Source: Desulfocucumaceae bacterium
GTDB lineage: Bacteria > Bacillota > Desulfotomaculia > Desulfotomaculales > Desulfocucumaceae
Direction: 5' to 3'
DNA length: 19,087 nt
NCBI GenBank assembly: GCA_045599035.1
Contig: JAZRVI010000007.1
Location: 1-19,087, forward strand
The position numbers and the translations under genes were made by a program. The notes below the pieces were generated by a model. That model was given only the letters and a program-made list of their open reading frames with translations. It had not been told where the DNA came from and searched no databases. How positions within the stretch are numbered: position 1 is the first letter of the stretch; the number at the start of each line of letters is the position of its first letter. Shown here piece after piece: positions 14,913-19,087 of this stretch.

Positions 14913-16728
14913 AACCCGCCGGGGAGAAAAGGTGGCAGGGGTTCCTCAGCAGGTTCTGGTTTGCACCGGTACCGGCTGTTCTTCCTCTGGAAGCTGGAAC
15001 CTGTTGGAGGAGCTGCAAAAGGAATTAGTTTCCGCCGGGCTGGAGGAAGAATATCAGGCTTTGCCCACCGGCTGTTTGGGCTTTTGTCAGATGGGGCCGG
15101 TTTTGGTAGTCTATCCGGAAGGCATTTTTTATTGTCAGGTGCAGAAAAAGGATGTTCGGGAAATTGTACAGGAGCATTTCCGCCGGGGCAGGGTAGTAGA
15201 ACGGCTGCTCTATACCAATCCGGCCACCGGGAATAAAGCTCGCACAATGGAGGAAATTGCTTTTTTTCAGCCTCAGCTGCGGCGGGTTTTGGCTAATTGC
15301 GGACGGATTAACCCGGAATCTCTGGAAGAATATTTGGGCTTTGGCGGCTTTGCGGCTTTGGAAAAGGCTTTGCAGGAGGGACAGCCGGAAAAGATTATTG
15401 CTGAAATCAAAGCTTCCGGCCTGCGGGGACGAGGCGGCGGAGGCTTTCCGACCGGAAAGAAGTGGGAAATGGCTGCCCAGGCTTCCGGTTCGGAAAAATA
15501 TCTGATCTGCAATGCGGATGAAGGCGATCCGGGAGCCTTTATGGATCGCAGTTTGTTGGAGGGCGATCCCTTTCGGGTGGTGGAAGCCATGCTGCTGGCC
15601 GGTTATGCCATTGGAGCTGAAACCGGCTTTATTTACATTCGGAGCGAATATCCGGTGGCCGTCCGGCGTTTGGAAAAAGCCTTGAGCCAATGCCGGCAAA
15701 AGGGCTTATTGGGAGCCAATATTCTGGGCAGCGGCTTTAATTTTGAATTAAGCTTGAAATTGGGGGCTGGAGCCTTTGTTTGCGGAGAAGAAACCGCCTT
15801 GCTCCATTCAGCGGAGGGCAAGCGGGGCGAACCCCGTCCCCGGCCGCCCTATCCTGCCCAGGCTGGCTTTGAGGGCTGTCCTACGGTGATCAACAATGTA
15901 GAAACCCTGGCCAATGTGCCGGAAATTATTTTAAAAGGAGCAAAATGGTTTTCGGAGGTGGGAAGCGAAAACAGCAAAGGCACCAAAATTTTTTCTCTGG
16001 CTGGCAAAATTGCCTGTACCGGTTTAATTGAAGTGCCTTTAGGCATCACCCTGCGGGAGATTATTTTTAAAATTGGTGGCGGGATTCCTCACAACCGGCA
16101 GTTTAAAGCAGCTCAAACCGGCGGACCTTCCGGAGGAGTCATTCCAGCCAAGCATTTGGATACCCCAATGGACTATGAATCCCTCAAGGCCATTGGCTCG
16201 ATTATGGGTTCCGGCGGCTTGATTATTTTGGATGAAACCGATTGCATGGTAGACCTGGCCAAATTTTACTTGCAGTTTTCGCAGGAAGAAAGCTGCGGCC
16301 GCTGCACACCCTGTCGGGTGGGGAGTAAGGTTCTACTGGACAGTCTGAACCGGATTACCCAGGGACAGGGCGGAGATTTGGCTGAAATTGAAGCTTTGGC
16401 TGAACATATTCGTCAAACCTCCCTGTGTGGTTTGGGACAAACTGCCCCCAATCCGGTTCTTTCCACCCTGAACTATTTTCGGAAGGAATATGAGGAACAT
16501 CTTTATACCAAACAATGTCGGGCGGGAGTTTGTCAAAAATTAACCGCTTTTCGGATTGATCCGGAAAAATGTATAGCCTGCGGCCAATGCTTCCGCAACT
16601 GTCCGGAACAGGCCATCAGTCCGGAAAATGACAAATATACGCTTGATCCAGAAAAATGCCAAAAATGCGGCTTATGTCAAGCTAATTGTCCGGTTGAAGC
16701 CATCAGCGGCAGTCGACCCTGGCAGTAA
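14872..16728 (+). CDS. NuoF/HndC/HydB-like NAD(P)H-binding flavoprotein subunit, with N-terminal [2Fe-2S] thioredoxin-like domain and C-terminal 2x[4Fe-4S] ferredoxin domain
   Basis: 618 aa. AAGGAGG 8 nt upstream. N-terminal VLVCTGTGCSSSG...CLGFCQMGP. FMN/NAD site GGGGFPTGKKWE. N3 cluster SCGRCTPCRVGS. C-terminal CIACGQCFRNCP and CQKCGLCQANCP. Confidence 0.9.
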   Translation: MFTQIRRQYQPILKTRRGEKVAGVPQQVLVCTGTGCSSSGSWNLLEELQKELVSAGLEEEYQALPTGCLGFCQMGPVLVVYPEGIFYCQVQKKDVREIVQEHFRRGRVVERLLYTNPATGNKARTMEEIAFFQPQLRRVLANCGRINPESLEEYLGFGGFAALEKALQEGQPEKIIAEIKASGLRGRGGGGFPTGKKWEMAAQASGSEKYLICNADEGDPGAFMDRSLLEGDPFRVVEAMLLAGYAIGAETGFIYIRSEYPVAVRRLEKALSQCRQKGLLGANILGSGFNFELSLKLGAGAFVCGEETALLHSAEGKRGEPRPRPPYPAQAGFEGCPTVINNVETLANVPEIILKGAKWFSEVGSENSKGTKIFSLAGKIACTGLIEVPLGITLREIIFKIGGGIPHNRQFKAAQTGGPSGGVIPAKHLDTPMDYESLKAIGSIMGSGGLIILDETDCMVDLAKFYLQFSQEESCGRCTPCRVGSKVLLDSLNRITQGQGGDLAEIEALAEHIRQTSLCGLGQTAPNPVLSTLNYFRKEYEEHLYTKQCRAGVCQKLTAFRIDPEKCIACGQCFRNCPEQAISPENDKYTLDPEKCQKCGLCQANCPVEAISGSRPWQ

Positions 16729-16736
16729 AAAAGAAA

Positions 16737-16767
16737 GCAGATCTGCCTTCAGGCAAATCTGCTTTTT
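16737..16767. terminator. Bidirectional rho-independent terminator ending the nuoEF-like operon and, on the other strand, tRNA-Arg
   Basis: Stem GCAGATCTGCC / GGCAAATCTGC (one mismatch) with a 4-nt loop. TTTTT on the plus side. On the minus strand the same hairpin is followed by TTTCTTTTTT. Confidence 0.7.
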
Positions 16768-16841
16768 GGTACGCCCGACAGGAATCGAACCTGTGCTTCC
16801 GGCTCCGGAGGCCGACGCTCTATCCCCTGAGCTACGGGCGC
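16767..16841 (-). tRNA. tRNA-Arg (anticodon CCG), 75 nt with encoded CCA
   Basis: Reverse complement folds by hand into a cloverleaf: acceptor GCGCCCG / CGGGCGT (G1:U72 wobble), D-arm GCTC-AGGGGATA-GAGC, anticodon arm TCGGC-CTCCGGA-GCCGG (anticodon CCG), 4-nt variable loop, T-arm ACAGG-TTCGATT-CCTGT, discriminator A, then CCA. Confidence 0.9.
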
Positions 16842-16861
16842 TTGAAAACATTACGGAGATC

Positions 16862-16890
16862 ATTATAACTCATTTTGCTGCTAAAAGCAA
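16862..16890 (-). promoter_or_regulatory. Candidate sigma-A promoter for tRNA-Arg
   Basis: Minus strand: TTGCTT, 17-nt spacer, TATAAT. The -10 element ends 20 nt before the mature tRNA 5' end. Confidence 0.45.
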
Positions 16891-17066
16891 GAAGAAAATC
16901 AAAAAAAACTAAAAAAACCGGAACAGGATTGCTTGTTAAAAAATGTCGTAGAACCTCTTTTTTGTTAACAAATTTTTCCGATGTCGAAATGAAGCTGTAA
17001 TTGATTTTTTATAAACTATCCTTGTACTTCAGAAAAGAAAAAATAAAAAAAGTATGAAAAAAAAGC

Positions 17067-17114
17067 TTGACAAATATTTTGGTTATGTATTAGAATACTA
17101 TTAGTACTCTAATA
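17067..17114 (+). promoter_or_regulatory. Candidate promoter overlapped by a 29-bp near-palindrome
   Basis: TTGACA (17067-17072), 18-nt spacer, TAGAAT (17091-17096). Near-palindrome GTATTAGAaTACTAtTAGTAcTCTAATAC at 17086-17114 with 3 mismatches. The TAGAATAC motif recurs at 17152 and 17201 in the about 160-nt leader. Confidence 0.4.
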
Positions 17115-17266
17115 CATAACGCGATGAATGTACCGCTTGGTGGCTGAGGCGTAGAATACAGTTGACAGTGACCGCAATGCGGCTTAAGGCTTGTGGAGAT
17201 TAGAATACTAACGTGACAGAAATTAATTAAGGAAAATTGTTGTAAGGAATGAAAGGAGAAAATTCC

Positions 17267-17950
17267 ATGCGTAAATATGAATATTCTAAGGATCTTGTAA
17301 ATATTGTTAAGCAGTTTCTGGATGGAGATGACTGGCATTACTCCTTTGATGAGAATCGAGGAATCTTCGAATTTGGATTGAGAATCAGAAGCAAGATTCA
17401 GACGATCGATTACCTGGTAAATGTAAAGGATGACGAGATCGTATTCTATGGCATCTGTCCGATTGGAGCTGATCAAGATGACGCTGAAATGATGGCACAG
17501 ATAGCGGAGTTTCTCTGCCGTGCTAATTATGGTCTGCGGAACGGTTGCTTCGAGTTTGATTTCCGCGACGGTGAAATCAGATACAAGAGCTTTGTGGATT
17601 GCGATGGAGTGCTTCCTTCCACTAAAGTGGTAAAGAACAGCATCTATTGCATTGATGCAATGTACAAGCGTTATGTGCCTGGTATCGTGGATATCATCTT
17701 TGCTGGCTGTTCTGCAAAGGACGCAATTACAAAGTGTGAGAAGTCTCTGGAAGATGAGCTTCGCTCTATGGTTACTGAGGCTGTTGGTGAAGATATGGAT
17801 GGCGTTGATATCGTCGAGTGCCTTGCAGCCAGACTTGGCATTACAGAGGATGAAGTAGATGGCTTTGAAGAAGATTCGGACGATGCTGATTCTTCTGAGG
17901 AAATCCGTGTAAATCTGTTTGATGGCAAGAAGAAAAGAGGTGATGTTTAA
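17267..17950 (+). CDS. YbjN-domain-like protein (putative sensory-transduction regulator / T3SS-chaperone-like fold) with an acidic C-terminal tail
   Basis: ORF-track 17249 start re-called at ATG 17267 (AAAGGAG 9 nt upstream). 227 aa. Acidic tail GVDIVECLAARLGITEDEVDGFEEDSDDADSSEE. Lower GC and different codon usage than the upstream core genes. Confidence 0.55.
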   Translation: MRKYEYSKDLVNIVKQFLDGDDWHYSFDENRGIFEFGLRIRSKIQTIDYLVNVKDDEIVFYGICPIGADQDDAEMMAQIAEFLCRANYGLRNGCFEFDFRDGEIRYKSFVDCDGVLPSTKVVKNSIYCIDAMYKRYVPGIVDIIFAGCSAKDAITKCEKSLEDELRSMVTEAVGEDMDGVDIVECLAARLGITEDEVDGFEEDSDDADSSEEIRVNLFDGKKKRGDV

Positions 17951-17992
17951 CTCTTTCTAGCAAGAAGTGGGGCTGTAAAATAACCCCAACCG

Positions 17993-18031
17993 AAAACCCG
18001 AGATTCATTCAAAAGATGAGTCTCGGGTTTT
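17993..18031 (+). terminator. Hairpin (AAAACCCGAGA / TCTCGGGTTTT, 17-nt loop) followed by TTTTCG, a putative terminator of the YbjN-like gene
   Basis: Perfect 11-bp arms. A preceding shorter GTGGGG...CCCCAAC hairpin lies at about 17968-17991. Confidence 0.4.
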
Positions 18032-18160
18032 CGCATATAACCGGATACCGAAAATGGATGCATTGATACCTGTGGTTGGATATTTTGGGTGCAACAAATC
18101 AAGCCACCAGCAAAAATCGTCTTTGCGGTGGAAAATTGTTGATAACTTCTCGTTTTTATT

Positions 18161-18430
18161 TTACGCAGCAACGCTGCCTGTGCATCGCTGCAAATGGTAT
18201 TTGTGCAGGTTAAAACCACAGAAAATCAGTCCGATTTCAAAAATCAGCTTTTTCAGCCCTCTTCTTCGTGCCCTCGTATACGATCTGTTCCACTTTATCA
18301 CGCCGAACGTGCCCTCCGACTGGATACTGCGGTTCATAAACAAAATCCTTTCGTTTGTTGTAGGCGGAAACCCACTCCTCTTGAGGGGTGGGAGGAGCCT
18401 TTTTAAAGCTGTTATCCGTAATCCGCCAGG
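18161..18430 (-). pseudogene. Frameshifted C-terminal remnant of an IS1182/IS5-type DDE transposase
   Basis: Two minus-strand frames together give ...AYNKRKDFV | (frameshift) | SIQSEGTFGVIKWNRSYTRARRRGLKKLIFEIGLIFCGFNLHKY. This matches the conserved transposase C-terminus E-x2-FG-x-IK-x-N-...-YTR-x-RGLKK-...-NL-x-K. The N-terminal part is absent, displaced by the downstream ISAs1-type element. Confidence 0.45.
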
Positions 18431-18432
18431 GC

Positions 18433-19087
18433 TTACGCATGAAATGACCGGACAGAACACATGACTTTAGCGAAGAAAATATCATCGTAGGCACAACGAC
18501 GACGTTTTCGAGCAAGGCTGATTTTCTCCGGATAGCTTTTAAGTATGTTCAATGCAATATGCCTGACAACAGCCATGTTCTCAGCAGAGTGATCCTTGCG
18601 AATCCTGCTGTAATCCTCATGAAATGTCATATCCAGGCACCAATGCAGGGAATTTTCAATTCCCCAGTGCTTGCGAATGGCATCAGCTAAAATGTTTATA
18701 TCTTCAAGAGATGAGATAAAATAACGCGTGTCTGTTGTTGTTTTGCCCCGCTGTTCTACCTTTGAAACGACCATGCCAAAGGAACGAAGATTTTTCCAAT
18801 CCTGCTTATTTTCATACCAATCAACATTTGTGGTAATGTAATATTTTCTGGTTTCTATTCGTCCATGCCCTTGATCAGTTGCTTTAATATGGGTAACATC
18901 ATGATATTCTTTCGGCTGTTTTTCCGCTGTTTCAAAGTATTCCCTAACCTCTGCACATAGAATCGACTGGTTTCCTTTTAAACTCAAGGCATAATCTGCA
19001 CCCTTTTCTACTATCTTTTTTACTATTGCTTTCTGGCAGTTCATAGCGTCTGCTGTAATTATACAGCCTCCTATATCCAGCATTTCA
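18433..19087 (-). mobile_element. ISAs1-family (IS4-related) DDE transposase, C-terminal about 216 aa; the gene continues beyond the window end
   Basis: The translation has no in-frame stop up to the window edge. Motifs ITADAMNCQKAIVKKIVEKGADYALSLKGNQ and IRKHWGIENSLHWCLDMTFHEDYSRIRKDHSAENMAVVRHIALNIL match the H-repeat / ISAs1 C-terminal Y-x2-R/H-x3-E region. Low GC. Confidence 0.75.

Noticed and set aside
15025-15699. 224-aa minus-strand ORF inside the nuoF-like gene, plus other antisense ORFs at 14909-15247, 15273-15590 and 15633-15821
   Set aside because: They are antisense to a strongly supported 618-aa flavoprotein CDS. Their low-complexity Pro/Arg/Ala-rich translations are typical of GC-rich antisense frames.
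16767-16900. Possibility that the low-GC block is a tRNA-integrated island with an attL/attR repeat of the tRNA 3' end
   Set aside because: The foreign-looking DNA lies on the 5' (promoter) side of the tRNA. The tRNA 3' end abuts a core-operon terminator. No direct repeat of the tRNA 3' end is visible in the window.
17090-17476. 128-aa minus-strand ORF spanning the leader and start of the YbjN-like gene; 136-aa plus-strand ORF at 18054-18464
   Set aside because: The first is antisense to a promoter/leader and a better-supported CDS, with an AT-rich low-complexity translation. The second is the opposite strand of the transposase remnant and shows no family resemblance.
1-19087. CRISPR arrays or rRNA genes
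   Set aside because: There are no regularly spaced direct repeats of 25-40 nt and no rRNA-like conserved blocks. The only tandem repeat is the coding 42-nt Pro-linker repeat.

Overview
This 19 kb window looks like a Bacillota (Firmicutes)-type chromosome of roughly 48-50% GC, with a conserved core and a mobile-element-rich end. Core genes run mostly on the minus strand.

From left to right I find:
- a 3'-truncated fusion gene (cytoplasmic HATPase-like domain plus transporter-like membrane part);
- prs and glmU;
- a MobA-like NTP-transferase and a GntR/FadR regulator sitting inside the conserved ispE...glmU-prs block, then ispE;
- an L,D-transpeptidase with a tandem-repeat-encoded Pro-rich linker and a C-terminal LysM;
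- a three-gene PspA (IM30/ESCRT-III-like) membrane-stress module: pspA, a YdjG-like double-zinc-ribbon membrane protein, and a YdjI-like SPFH protein carrying its own C-terminal double zinc ribbon; no ydjH equivalent is present;
- the NAD(P)HX repair enzyme Nnr.

The locus I would look at first is a LexA/CI-like XRE-HTH + S24 repressor. Both of its catalytic dyad residues appear substituted (GDSM to GQEM, and the catalytic Lys to Arg). It is transcribed divergently from a 152-aa ArpU/sigma-70-region-4-like activator. The shared promoter region carries three TTACC-N5-GGTAA operator-like palindromes. Convergent to the activator is a membrane protein with a degenerate Mrr_cat nuclease-fold domain, followed by unusual perfect hairpins.

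Next comes a two-gene NuoE/NuoF (HndA/HndC)-like flavoprotein-ferredoxin operon with no catalytic partner in cis. It ends at a bidirectional terminator abutting tRNA-Arg(CCG).

Beyond the tRNA, GC content and codon usage shift. This block contains an AT-rich repeat-containing leader, a YbjN-domain gene with an acidic tail, a frameshifted IS1182-type transposase remnant, and a partial ISAs1-family transposase that runs off the window end (nested IS).

I saw no CRISPR array and no rRNA. Several ORF-track start sites appear 5'-over-extended; I re-called them from Shine-Dalgarno positions.
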